DNA of 64,000 bases from an uncultured Clostridia bacterium. Its GTDB lineage: Bacteria > Bacillota > Clostridia > TANB77 > CAG-508. The stretch is taken from the NCBI GenBank assembly GCA_944393325.1, contig CALXZU010000002.1, positions 20,179-84,178 on the forward strand. Direction: 5' to 3'. Made by a program: the position numbers and the translations under genes. Shown piece after piece: positions 49,436 through 61,500 of the stretch. How positions within the stretch are numbered: position 1 is the stretch's first letter; every line of letters starts with the position of its first letter. Under the pieces are notes generated by a model. The model searched no databases. It was not told the DNA's origin and worked only from the letters and a program-made list of their open reading frames with translations.

Positions 49436-51115
49436 TTATATCTCTTCTACATATATTTTATCTACCACTGCTACTACTGTAAATCTTTTTAAATTCTTTG
49501 CCGCTTTCATTTCTTCTTTATTGCTATATTTTATTATTTGCTTTCTTGCTTCTTCTTGTTTTTGTCTCAAGTTATTTTCTTCATCTTTTTTTAAGTATTT
49601 AAATTCTATTAATATTGTATAATATCCTTTTTCAGTTTCTTTTGGTACTAACAATATATCTTGATATTCTCTTTCTATCTCTAATTCTGATTTTACCCAG
49701 AATGTTTTTAAACTCATTGCTATACAATAAAATATTACTTTTACATATTTTTCATCAAAGTTTTGATAATCTCTATTTGATAAATTACTTAAATATTTTC
49801 CAAGTAAATTTATTCCTTTTTCTATCTTTCCTTCAAGTGCCATCTCTAATGATATTTCTGTATATTCTTTATTATCTACACTAAAATTTTCTTCTTCACT
49901 TAATACTTTTAAGAAATATTCTCCATATATTTCTTTCATCGCTTTATTAGGTATTAATAGTTTTGGATAACCTCCTATTACATCTTTTATTGTTAAATAT
50001 CCTAAATAATATAACATTGATACCATTTCTGTTTCTTTAAAATCCATTTCTGGATTAAATTTTTCTGTTATTTCAGATATTATTCCCTCATCTGTCATTG
50101 TTTTATTTATTATTTTTAATCTTTCTTCACTTTTACATAATCTTAGCATATTTGCTATTTTACTATAATCACTTGCTATGTTTGTGTCTACAAGTTCGTC
50201 CGGTATTCTTCCTAACCTCATATATGAACTTAAAAAATATAAACACATTGTTGAATTATACATTCTTGTTGCTGAATTTTTATAAAATCTATACCCATCA
50301 TAATTTTCTTTCATTATTGGTAATAACTCTTCTTGTTTTTCTTTATCTATTTCTTGGTCTTCCATTATTTTTATTACTTCTTTTTCAGTAAAACCCATCA
50401 TTTCATTAAACTGTTCATCTCTTGTTAAATCTGTTACTATATTAAAACCTGATGTCATGCTATCTAACGTTATTGGTGCTACTCCTGTTATAAATATTCT
50501 ATCTATTACACTTTCTGTTCCTTCTTTCAATATCTCATAAAATTTTCTTACTTTTCCATTTTTAGCTACAAGACTTTTAAATTGTTCTGTTCTAAAACCT
50601 AACAATTCATTCGCAAAATGATCATATTCATCTATTATTACATATATCTTTTCTCCATTTCTTTGTTCTTCAAATGCTGTCATTAAACTTCCTAACAATC
50701 CTTCTGCTGTTAATTCTGAATTTAGATAAAAGTCTAATTTATATCTATTTACAAATTTTTGTATTGAATTTGTTACTTTTTCTTTAAAAGTATCTATTGT
50801 TGTTTTTTCATTTTCTGTATCTATTCCAGAAAAATTAAATCTTAATATATAATAACTATTTTTCATTTCTGTTGGATTTTTTCCTATATATGTTTCTTTA
50901 AATAGTTCTTCAAATTTATCTTTTTTATTTACATCATAATAATTTTCTATCATGCTTGTAAATAATGTTTTTCCGAATTTTCTTGGACGTAAAAACATTA
51001 TTCTTTTTTCTGCTAAATTTTCTAATTTTTCTATATATTTGGTTTTATCTACATAATAATAATTTTCTTCTATTAATTCATCATAATTACTTATTCCATA
51101 TGGTAATTTTTTCAT
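49436..51115 (-). CDS. predicted AAA-ATPase-like / PD-(D/E)XK family protein (paralog of 47928..49205)
   Basis: YGISNYDELIE...YYVDKT...RPRKFGKT; C-terminal D...ILIEFKY consistent with a PD-(D/E)XK core. Confidence 0.5.
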   Translation of the reverse strand: MKKLPYGISNYDELIEENYYYVDKTKYIEKLENLAEKRIMFLRPRKFGKTLFTSMIENYYDVNKKDKFEELFKETYIGKNPTEMKNSYYILRFNFSGIDTENEKTTIDTFKEKVTNSIQKFVNRYKLDFYLNSELTAEGLLGSLMTAFEEQRNGEKIYVIIDEYDHFANELLGFRTEQFKSLVAKNGKVRKFYEILKEGTESVIDRIFITGVAPITLDSMTSGFNIVTDLTRDEQFNEMMGFTEKEVIKIMEDQEIDKEKQEELLPIMKENYDGYRFYKNSATRMYNSTMCLYFLSSYMRLGRIPDELVDTNIASDYSKIANMLRLCKSEERLKIINKTMTDEGIISEITEKFNPEMDFKETEMVSMLYYLGYLTIKDVIGGYPKLLIPNKAMKEIYGEYFLKVLSEEENFSVDNKEYTEISLEMALEGKIEKGINLLGKYLSNLSNRDYQNFDEKYVKVIFYCIAMSLKTFWVKSELEIEREYQDILLVPKETEKGYYTILIEFKYLKKDEENNLRQKQEEARKQIIKYSNKEEMKAAKNLKRFTVVAVVDKIYVEEI

Positions 51116-51318
51116 CCTTATTACCTCTCTTTCTTAACTTACAATAATATTTTACTATATAATCAATAATAAATCAAGAAAATGAAAAACAAAAATCAAA
51201 TACAAAGAAAAAATATAAAAACAAAAATAAAAAAAAGGAATAAAAAATTAAGAAAATATCAAAGAAAAAATCAAAAAAATACAGCAACAATACATTAACT
51301 GTTACTGTATTTTTCATC

Positions 51319-51675
51319 TTATTGTCCTTGGCTTTCATTCATTATATTTACATAGTCTTCATAGAGTTTATTTAGTTCTGTAGTTTTTTCATCTATTTTT
51401 GCTTGTTTTTCCTCTATTTCTTTATTTATTAACTCTATTTTTCCTTGTAACTTTTCTATTTTTACTTCTTTACTGTCACTATTCTTTATTTTTATATCAT
51501 CTGCATCTTTTGCTCCTTGTACATACTCATTTACTAGTGTTCCATCTTCTGTAACTTCTTTTTTACCAAAATGACTAGCTATTCCATATATTATTAATGC
51601 TACTATTAATAATACCAAAACAATTAAAACTATTGGAACTCCTTTTTTCTTCTCGATTTTTTCTCTTTTTGCCAT
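51319..51675 (-). CDS. small N-terminally membrane-anchored coiled-coil protein
   Basis: Basic N-terminus, one TM, C-terminal heptad-rich region. Confidence 0.4.
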   Translation of the reverse strand: MAKREKIEKKKGVPIVLIVLVLLIVALIIYGIASHFGKKEVTEDGTLVNEYVQGAKDADDIKIKNSDSKEVKIEKLQGKIELINKEIEEKQAKIDEKTTELNKLYEDYVNIMNESQGQ

Positions 51676-51685
51676 CTTCTACCTC

Positions 51686-52030
51686 CTATTCTCCACTTTC
51701 TACACTTTCTTCATTTAGGTCTATTAGTTGTTGTTCTAAATTTGTTCTTTCTTCCATTAATGGTAACATTTCTTCATTTAGTTTATTTATTTCTTCTTCC
51801 TTTGAATTTATTTCCTTTTCCACTTCTTGTAATTTTCCATTATAGTCTTCATTTACTACTTGCTCTTCACTTGCCACATTTTCTTCCACATTACCATTAT
51901 CTTTATTTACTACAAATCTCCACACACCAAGACCTATTACCAATATTACTAACAACAACATAAATATCCACATTGGTTTTCCACTACTTTTTTTCTTACT
52001 TGTACTTTTCTTTTTCTTTTCTTCTGCCAT
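51686..52030 (-). CDS. small N-terminally membrane-anchored coiled-coil protein (paralog of 51319..51675)
   Basis: Same architecture; 10-nt spacing to the next gene. Confidence 0.4.
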   Translation of the reverse strand: MAEEKKKKSTSKKKSSGKPMWIFMLLLVILVIGLGVWRFVVNKDNGNVEENVASEEQVVNEDYNGKLQEVEKEINSKEEEINKLNEEMLPLMEERTNLEQQLIDLNEESVESGE

Positions 52031-52236
52031 TAGAAACCTCCTTTCTTAAAATTATTATTTTAAATTCATATTATAAAATTAAATAACTTTTTTATTAGCC
52101 TTATATCTGCTTTTTTAGCTTGTACTCATTATTATCAAAATATAAAATATTTTTAATGTCCTTTGGTAATATATTTATATAATTATAAATTAATTTTCTA
52201 CAATTATAGTAAGTGCTTAATAAAAGTTTGCTAATC

Positions 52237-52491
52237 TTACCCTTTGGCGGATATAGCTTTTTTAATTGCAACAATCCATCTGTCTACATCTTTGTCTATC
52301 TCTAATTGTCTTCTTATTAATTCTGTTATTTCTCCAGGTGTTATTGCTTTATTTATCATCAAAAACCTTATATCTGTCCAGATTTCAATATTCATTATGT
52401 ATTTTGCTTCTAACAAATAATTACGTTGTTCCTTTTTATCTTGACTTATAAGAGCTTCTAATGTTTTCTTTTCTACTTCTAACAAGTTCAT
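52237..52491 (-). CDS. hypothetical small protein
   Basis: 84-aa ORF downstream of the giant gene. Confidence 0.3.
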   Translation of the reverse strand: MNLLEVEKKTLEALISQDKKEQRNYLLEAKYIMNIEIWTDIRFLMINKAITPGEITELIRRQLEIDKDVDRWIVAIKKAISAKG

Positions 52492-52569
52492 ATTTAATTC
52501 TTCCTGAATTGAAACAAATGTAAATACTGTTTACATAACGCTTATTTTGGTTTCTAATTTTGTAAAAAA

Positions 52570-55500
52570 TTAGAAAGTCGTACACAGACGCACGTAGGCG
52601 AGGTTGTTCACGGTGGTGCCGTGGATATAATAACCACTAAAAGCCGCAGTGTAGACGTTGTTAGTACGTAATTGCGAAGATGTCCAGTATTCACTTTTTA
52701 ACTTATAAGTGCTATAATCACTCCTTGTTATTTCTAAGCTTCCTGCAAATGCTACCCATTCTTCTCTTGATGGTACGAACCATCCTTGTTTTACTTGGTT
52801 TTGTATTACTCCCCACATATCTCTACTATTTTGTGATCCGTATCCATTAGAGTTCCATTTTGCTACCATATTGGCTGTATTTGCTTTTCCTGTTCCAAAA
52901 CTCTTCGATGTTGTACTACTATAATCACTCATTTTTCCTGCACTATTATACCAATAAAACAATGTCTTTGAATCTTGTTTTATGTCTTCCAATGCCATTA
53001 TATAGAATCTATCATTTCCACTTGTTCCAGCTACCGGTGCTATTAATTTTCCACTCTTATTTCCAAATCTACTATCACTATAATTTTCGTTTGTTATATA
53101 ATATTCTTTTAGTCCGCTTGCTATTGGTATACTATAACTTTCTTCTAATCCTGTTCCACTTCCTCCTACTGCTAAATCAGCAAATATAATTCCATCTGCT
53201 GTTTCATCACCATTTGTGTCTGCATAATTTCCTACGTATGATTCACTTGTTGGTATTGAAGCTGTTAATGTTATTTTTATAGTTATCTTTTTATTTCCAT
53301 TCCCTTCTTTTACTACTACGCTTGTTTCTCCTCCTGCTTTTGGTACTATTGTAAGTGTACTTCCAGAAATTGAAGCAGTTGCTATACTTGAATTAGGTGG
53401 GGTTACTATTTTAAATGTTCCATGATTTGTTCCTCCTAGTGTTACTCTTTGGTTTCCATCACTTACATTTGCTGTTACACTACTTGGACTCGCTGTTATA
53501 CTTGTTGCTAAAACTGATATATTTATTGTAGCTGTTTTATTTCCATTTGACTCTTGTAATTCTAAACTTGTTGTTCCTACTGTATCAGTTGGTGTTATCG
53601 TTAGGCTTGTTCCACTTATACTTGCTGTTGCATATGTACCATTAGGTGGTGTAATTATATTTAAATTTCCCATATTTTGTCCTTGTATTGTTACTGTTTT
53701 TGCTGAACCTCCTGCATATACTTCTACTGTTTGTGGTGTTATACTTGGTAAAAGTACTGTTACTTTTATTGTCACTGTTTTTCCTGCATTCGACTCCGTT
53801 ACTGTTATATTTGTTGTTCCTGAACCTTTTGGTGTTATTGTTACTACTTTATTACTTATACTTGCTGTTGCTACAGTAGAGCTTGAACTTGTTACACTTA
53901 GCTTTCCTGCATATGTTCCACTTATTGTTACTGTTCCTGTATTTCCTCCTACATATAATGTTAATGTTGTTTTATCTGCTGTTATTGTGCTATCTCTTAC
54001 AGTTACTGTAACTGTTACTTGTTGATTCGCATTTGTTTCTTTTAAAGTTAGTGTTGCTGTTCCTGTTGTTGTTCCTGGTTTTATTGTAAGTGTTGTTCCA
54101 CTTATACTTCCTGTTGCTATATTTGAATTACTAGTTGTAACAGTTAATCCTGCATAATTAGAACCTGTAATTGTTACTGTCTGATTACTTCCTCCTTTAT
54201 ATGCTGTTACACTATTTGTTGATACTCCTAATGTTACTGTTTTTACTGTAACTGGTATTGTAACTGTCTTTCCTCCATTTGCTTCTTTTACAACTATATT
54301 TCCACTTCCTTGTGCTTTTGGTGTAATTGTCAATGTACTACCACTTATACTTGCCTTATAATAATTTGTTTCTCCTCCTGATGTTATACTAAATGCTCCT
54401 GCATTTGTTCCACTTAATGTTATTGTTTTATTTCCTCCACTTACATATGCTACTACACTTGTTGGTTCTGCTTTTATTGTTGTTGTTAATACTTTTATAC
54501 TTACTGTTACCTTAGCATTTCCATTTGACTCTGTTATTATTACACTTGTTGTTCCTTCTGCCTTTGGTGTTATTGTAAGTGTATTTCCAGAAATAGATGC
54601 AGTTGCTATATTTGTATTTATTCCACTTAAACTTAAACTTCCTTTATTACTTCCTTCTATTGTTACTGTTTTATTTCCTCCACCTACATATGCTGTTACA
54701 CTTGTTGGATTTGCTGTAACACTTGTTGCTAATACTTTTATACTTACTGTTACTGTTTTTCCTCCATTTGCCTCTTTTACTACTACATTTCCACTTCCTG
54801 CTGCTTTTGGTGTTATTGTTAATGTACTATTATTTAAAATTGCTGTATAAGCACTAGTGCTCGCTCCTGATGTTATACTTAATGTTCCTTTATTATCTCC
54901 ACTAAGTGTTACAGTTTTTGCTCCTCCTCCTATATATGCCGTTATACTTGTTGGACTTGCTGTAAGTGTTGTTGCTTTTACTGTTACACTAATAGTTTTT
55001 TGCTTATTTCCATTTCCTTCTTTTACTACAATACTTCCACTTCCTACTGCCTTTGGTGTTATTGTAAGTGTACTTCCACTTACAGTTGCTGTATAGTAAT
55101 TTGTACTTCCTCCAGAAACTATACTAAATGCTCCTGCACTTGTTCCTCCTAATGTTACTGTTTGATTATTTCCTCCTACATATGCTACTATACTTTCTGG
55201 GCTTGCTGTTATTGTTGTTGCTTTTACTGTTACTGCTATTGCAACTGTCTTTCCTCCATTTGCTTCTTTTATTGTTATATTTGTCGTACCTGCTGCCTTT
55301 GGTGCTAAAGTTAATGTATCTCCATTAAGTGTTGGTGTTACATAAGAATTTGTTGCTCCTGAACTTATACTTAATGCTCCTTTATTACTTCCTGTTATTG
55401 TTACATTTTGGCTTGAACCACCTACATATAATGTTACATTTTTATTGTTTGCATCTAATGTAGTTTCTAATACCTTAATATTTATTGTTTTTTGTACATT

Positions 55501-58500
55501 TCCATTCGCTTCTTTTACCACTACACTTGTATCTCCTGCTGCCTTTGGTGTAATTGTTAATGTTTTATTACTTATACTTGCTGTTGCTATTGTTTCTTTT
55601 GGAGATGTTACTATACTAAATGCTCCTGCATTTGTTCCACCTAAAGTTACTGTTTTTGCTCCTCCTCCTACATATGCTGTTACACTTGCTGGATTTGCCG
55701 TTATACTTGTTGCTAAAACTGATATATTTATTACAGCTGTTTTATTTCCATTTGCTTCTTTTAATGTTACTGTTGTTGTTCCTGCTGCTTTTGGATTTAT
55801 TGTAAGAGTTTTATTTGTTGCATTTAAACTTACTGTTGCTTTCGTTGTATCTGGTCCTTTTTCTATACTTAAAGTTCCCATATTTGAACCAGAAATTGTT
55901 ATTGTCTTACTACTTCCTCCTACATATGTTGTCACACTTTGTCCCGTTATACTTGTTGCTAAAACTGTTATATTTATTGTAACTGTTGCATTTCCATTTG
56001 CTTCTTTTACTGTTACACTTGTTGTTCCTGAACCTTTTGGAGTAATTGTTAGCACTTTTGAGCTTGTATTTAGACTTGCTGTCGCTACACTTGATGTTGG
56101 TTGTTTACTTATACTTAAAGCTCCTAAACTAGTTCCATTTATCGTTACTGTTCTATTTGAACCATTTACATATGCTGTAACGCTTGTACTCGTTGCTGTT
56201 ATTGTACTTCTTATTACATTTATATTAATTGTAACTTTTTGGTTTCCATTTGCCTCTTTTACAGTTACACTTGTTTTTCCTGCTGCTTTTGGTGTTATTG
56301 TTAATGTAGAACCACTTAAAGATGCTGTTGCATATGCACTATTTGGCCCTGTTTCTATACTAAATGCTCCTGCATATGTTCCACTTATTGTTACTGTCTG
56401 ATTTGCTCCTCCTACATATGCTGTTACATTTGTATTAGTTGCTGTTATTGTTGTTTTTCTTACTTCAATATTTATTGTAACTGTTCTATTTCCGTTTGCT
56501 TCTTTTACTACTACACTTGTCTTTCCTGCTGCTTTTGGTGAAATTGTAAGTGTACTTCCACTTAAAGTTGCTGTTACATATGTACTATTTGGTGGTGTTA
56601 ATATACTAAATGTTCCTGCATTTGTTCCTGTTATCGTAACTGTCTGGTTAGATCCTCCAACATAAGCTATAACATTTTTATTGCTTGCATCAATTGATGT
56701 TGCAATTACCGTTACATGTATTGTAACTTCTTTATTTCCATTTGCTTCTTTAACTACTATATCTGTTTCTCCTGCTGCTACTGGTCTTATAGTAAGTGTA
56801 CTACCAGATAAAGTTGCTGTTGCAATTGTACTAGTTGGTCCAGTCTTTATACTAAATGCTCCTGCTTGTGTTCCACTTATTGTTACATTTTGTGATGAGC
56901 CACCTACATATAATGTAACATTCTTATTATTTGCATCAATAGATGTTGCTGTTACTGTTATACTTATTGTAGCTTTAGCATTTCCATTTGACTCTTTAAT
57001 TGTAACACTTGTATTTCCTGCTTTTACTGGTGTTACTGTAAGTTCAGTTCCATTTAAATCTACTGTTGCAATTCCAGTATTTGGTCCACTTTCTATACTT
57101 AGACTTCCCATATGTTGTCCTGTTATTTGAATGTTCTTACTTGCTCCACCTTCAAAAACATTTACTGACTGTGCATTTACACTAGTTGCTAAAACATTTA
57201 TACTTACTGTTACTTTCTTATTTCCATTTGACTCCATTACTGTTACACTTGTTGTTCCTGCTCCTACAGGATTTATTGTAAGTGTATTTCCTGATAGACT
57301 TGCTGTTGCAACTCCCTCTTTTGGTTTTCCACTAATACTTAAAGCTCCTAAATCTGTACCATCTATTGTTACTTGTCTTGAATTTCCTCCAACATATGCT
57401 GTTACACTCGAACTACTCACCTTTATATCACTTTCTATTACTTTAACACTTATTGTAACCTTCTCATTTCCATTTGCTTCTTTTATTGTTATACTTGTTG
57501 TTCCTGCTACCTTTGGTGAAATTGTAAGTGTTTTTGAATCTTTATCTAAACTTGCTGTTGCTATTTTTTCATTTATAGGTGTTTCTACACTTAATTCACC
57601 CATATAATTTCCACTTAAAGTTACTTGTTGGTTAGAACCTCCAACATATGCTGTTACACTTTTTGGTGTTGCTATTATGCTTGTTTTTCTTACTGTTACT
57701 GCTATTGTAACTGTTTGCCCTCCGTTTGCTTCTTTTATTGTTATATTTGTTGTTCCTGCAGCCTTTGGTGTTAAAGTTAATGTATCTCCACTAAGTGTTG
57801 GTGTTACATAAGAATTAGTTGCTCCTGAACTTATACTTAAACCTCCCTTATTACTTCCTGTTATTGTTACATTTTGGCTTGAGCCACCTACATATAATGT
57901 TACGTTTTTATTACTTGCATCTATTGAGGTTGCTAATACTTTTATATTTATTGTTCTTTGTACATTACCATTTGCCTCTTTTACTACTACACTTGTATCC
58001 CCTGCTGCTTTTGGCGAAATTGTTAATGTTTTATCACTTAAAGTTGCTGTTGCTATCGTGTCATTTGGTCCTGTTACTATACTAAATGCTCCTGCATTTG
58101 TTCCTCCTAATGTTACTGTTTTTGCTCCTCCACCTACATATGCTGTTACACTTGCTGGATTTGCTGTTATATTTGTTGCTAAAACTGATATATTTATTAT
58201 AGCTGTTTTATTTCCATTTGCTTCTTTTAATGTTACACTTGTGTTTCCTGCTGCTTTTGGAGTTATTGTAAGAGTTTTATTACTTGCATTTAAACTTACT
58301 GTTGCTTTTGTCTCATCTGGTCCTTTTTCTATACTTAATGTTCCCATATTCTGTCCTTGGATTGTTATTGTTTTTGCTTCTCCTCCTACATATGTTGTCA
58401 CACTTTGTCCAGTTATACTTGTTGAAAGTACTGTTATCTTTATTGTAACTGCTGCATTTCCATTTGCTTCTTTTACTATTACACTTGTTGTTCCTGATGC

Positions 58501-61500
58501 TTTAGGTTTTATCGTAAGTGTTTTACCACTTAAACCTACTGTTGCAACCGATGTATCTGGTTTTCCTGATATATCTAAATTTCCTAAATCTGTTCCATTT
58601 ATTGTTACTATTTGGTCTGCTCCATCTACATATGCTGTTACATTTGTGTTGCTTGCTGTTATTGTACTTCTTATTACATTTATATTAATTGTAACTTTTT
58701 GGTTTCCATTTGCCTCTTTCACTACCACACTTGTTTTTCCTGCTGCTTTTGGTGTTATTGTTAATGTAGAACCACTTAAAGATGCTGTTGCATATGCACT
58801 ATTTGGCCCTGTTTCTATACTAAATGCTCCTGCATATGTTCCACTTATTGTTACTGTTTGGTTTTCTCCTCCTACATATGCTGTTACATTTGTACTAGTT
58901 GCTGTTATTGTTGTTTTTCTTACTTCAATATTTATTGTAACTGTTCTATTTCCATTTGCTTCTTTTACAACTACACTTGTTTTTCCTGCTGCTTTTGGTG
59001 AAATTGTAAGTGTACTTCCAGAAAGATTTGCTGTTGCTATTGTATTGTTTGACGGAGTTTGTATACTAAATGCTCCTGCTTGTGTTCCTGTTATCGTAAC
59101 TGTTTGGTTAGAACCTCCAACATAAGCTATAACATTTTTATTGCTTGCATCAATACTTGTTGCAATTACCGTTACATGTATTGTAACTTCTTTATTTCCA
59201 TTTGCTTCTTTAACTACTATATCTATCTCTCCTGCTGCTTTTGGTACTAATTTTAATGTATTTCCTTCTAAAGTAGGGGTTACAAAATTATTTTGTTGTC
59301 CTTCTTCTATACTTAAAGCTCCTTGATTTTCTCCTGTAATTGTTACACTTTGTGATGAACCGCCCACATATAAAGTTACATTTTTATTATTTGCATCAAT
59401 TGTACTTTCTCTTACTGTTACATTTACAGTAGTTTTTTGATTTCCATTTGTTTCTTTAACTATAATTTCTGTTGTTCCTACTCCTACTGGATTTATATTA
59501 AGTATTTTACCACTTATACTTGCTGTTGCTACTGTATCTTTTGGCCCAGTCTCTATAGCAAATTCATTAGTATTATCTCCACTAAGAGCAACTGACTTAC
59601 TTTGTCCTCCTACATACAAAAGTACACTTGCTGGCTCTGCTTTTATTGTTGTTTGTAATACTTTTATATTTATTATTGTAGTTTTATTTCCATTTAACTC
59701 TCTTATTGTTACACTTGTTTCTCCTTTTGCAACTGGCATAATTACTAATTCACTGTTATTTTCTGGATTAATCTCAGCTAGTGCAATACTTGGATTTGCT
59801 GGTGTATCTACAATAAATTCTCCTGCATTTTCTCCACTTAAAAGTACTGTTTTGCTTTCTCCACCAACATATGTTGTTACATTGCTCTCACTTGCTTCTA
59901 TTTCAGTTCTCTTTACTTCTAATTTAGCCGTATTACTTGTTGCTGTTACACTTGAACTTCCGTATTTTTGTGTAACTATAACATAGTAATAAGTATTATT
60001 TAAATCAGTTGTAACATTTTCCTTCGCTATTGTATATGTATCTCCTATTGCTCCTGGTATTTCTTCTCCACCTTGATTACTGTTAGTATTGTTTTTGTAC
60101 CATTTATATGTTTTAGTACCCTCTCCTCCTGCTATTACTCTAAATGTTACATCTTGTACTTTTTCAAATGTTGAAACATTGCTTGGGTTTGTATCTATTG
60201 TTACTTTTCCTGCTACACTTAATTTTGCTGCATTACTCTTTATTGTTTCTGTACTTGAACCATAACTTTGTGTTACCTCTACATAGTAATATGTCTCATT
60301 TAAAGCTGTTGTAACATTTTCTTTTGCTATTTTGTATGTATTACTATTAGCATTTTCTATTAATTCTCCACCTTCATTACTATCATTTGTGTTTTTATAC
60401 CATTTATATGTATATGTACCTGCTCCACTTGTATTTACTGTAAATGTTACATCTGTTATGCCTTCTATTACGCTTACATCATTTAATGTACTTACACTTA
60501 CTCCATCTCCTACTGTTAGTTTTGCTGTATTACTTGCTGTACTATATACTGAGCTTCCATATTTTTGTGTAATTACACAATAGTAATAAGTATTATTATC
60601 ACTTGCTGTTACATTTTCTGTTGTATAAGTACTTTTATCTGTTCCTGGTATTTCTTCTCCGCCTTGGTTGCTATTTTCTGTATTCTTATACCACTGATAT
60701 GTTATATCTCCTGTTCCATTTGCTACTGTTACTTCAAATGTAGCTTTTCTTCCTTCTGTTATTGTTACATCTGAAGGCTGTTTTTCTATACTTGCTCTTC
60801 CTGCTACTGTAACTAAAGCTTCATTTGAATTTTTACTTACAAATCCCATTCCATAACTTTGTGTTACTTTTGCAAAATAATATCTTCCATTTAGTTCTTT
60901 TGTAACCTCTTCTTTTGGTATTGTAAGTGTAGCTTCATTTTCTCCATTTACTGGTGTTTCCTCACCTTGGCTACTTGTTTTATAATACCATTGGTAACTT
61001 ACATCTCCTAAACCTTTTGTTTCTACTGTAAAGCTAATATCTTCTTGTCCTTCTATTACTTGTTTTGATTCTAATCTGTTTGTTACCTCTACTTCTGATA
61101 TTACTGTTAGTTTAGCTACATCACTTACATCTACATTTGTCTTTCCTCTATATTCTTGTGTTACTTTAACATAATAATATCTTCCACTTATACTTGCTGT
61201 AACATTATCTTTTGGTATTGTATATGTAGCTTCATTTGCTCCTACTATTTGGGTTCCTTCTTCATTGCTTCCTGTTGTATTATAATACCATTGATATGTT
61301 ATCTTTTCTTCTCCTGGAGCATTTACACTAAATGCTCCTGTTACATCAACACTAAAACTTATATCTTTTACATTACTTATTGTATCTATAGATATTGGCT
61401 GTCCCACTATTGCAAGTTTTGTTACATTCTTATCTGCAACTCTATCTCCATTTGTGTCTATATCTATATCTGGCTCATTGTCACCATTTGTATCAACATT

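Noticed and set aside
54857-59326. Long plus-strand ORFs (e.g. 55445..56401, 58058..59125, 56681..57607) inside the giant gene
   Set aside because: These are antisense translations of the repetitive minus-strand coding sequence (hydrophobic V/F/A-rich nonsense). The minus frame is continuous and coherent.
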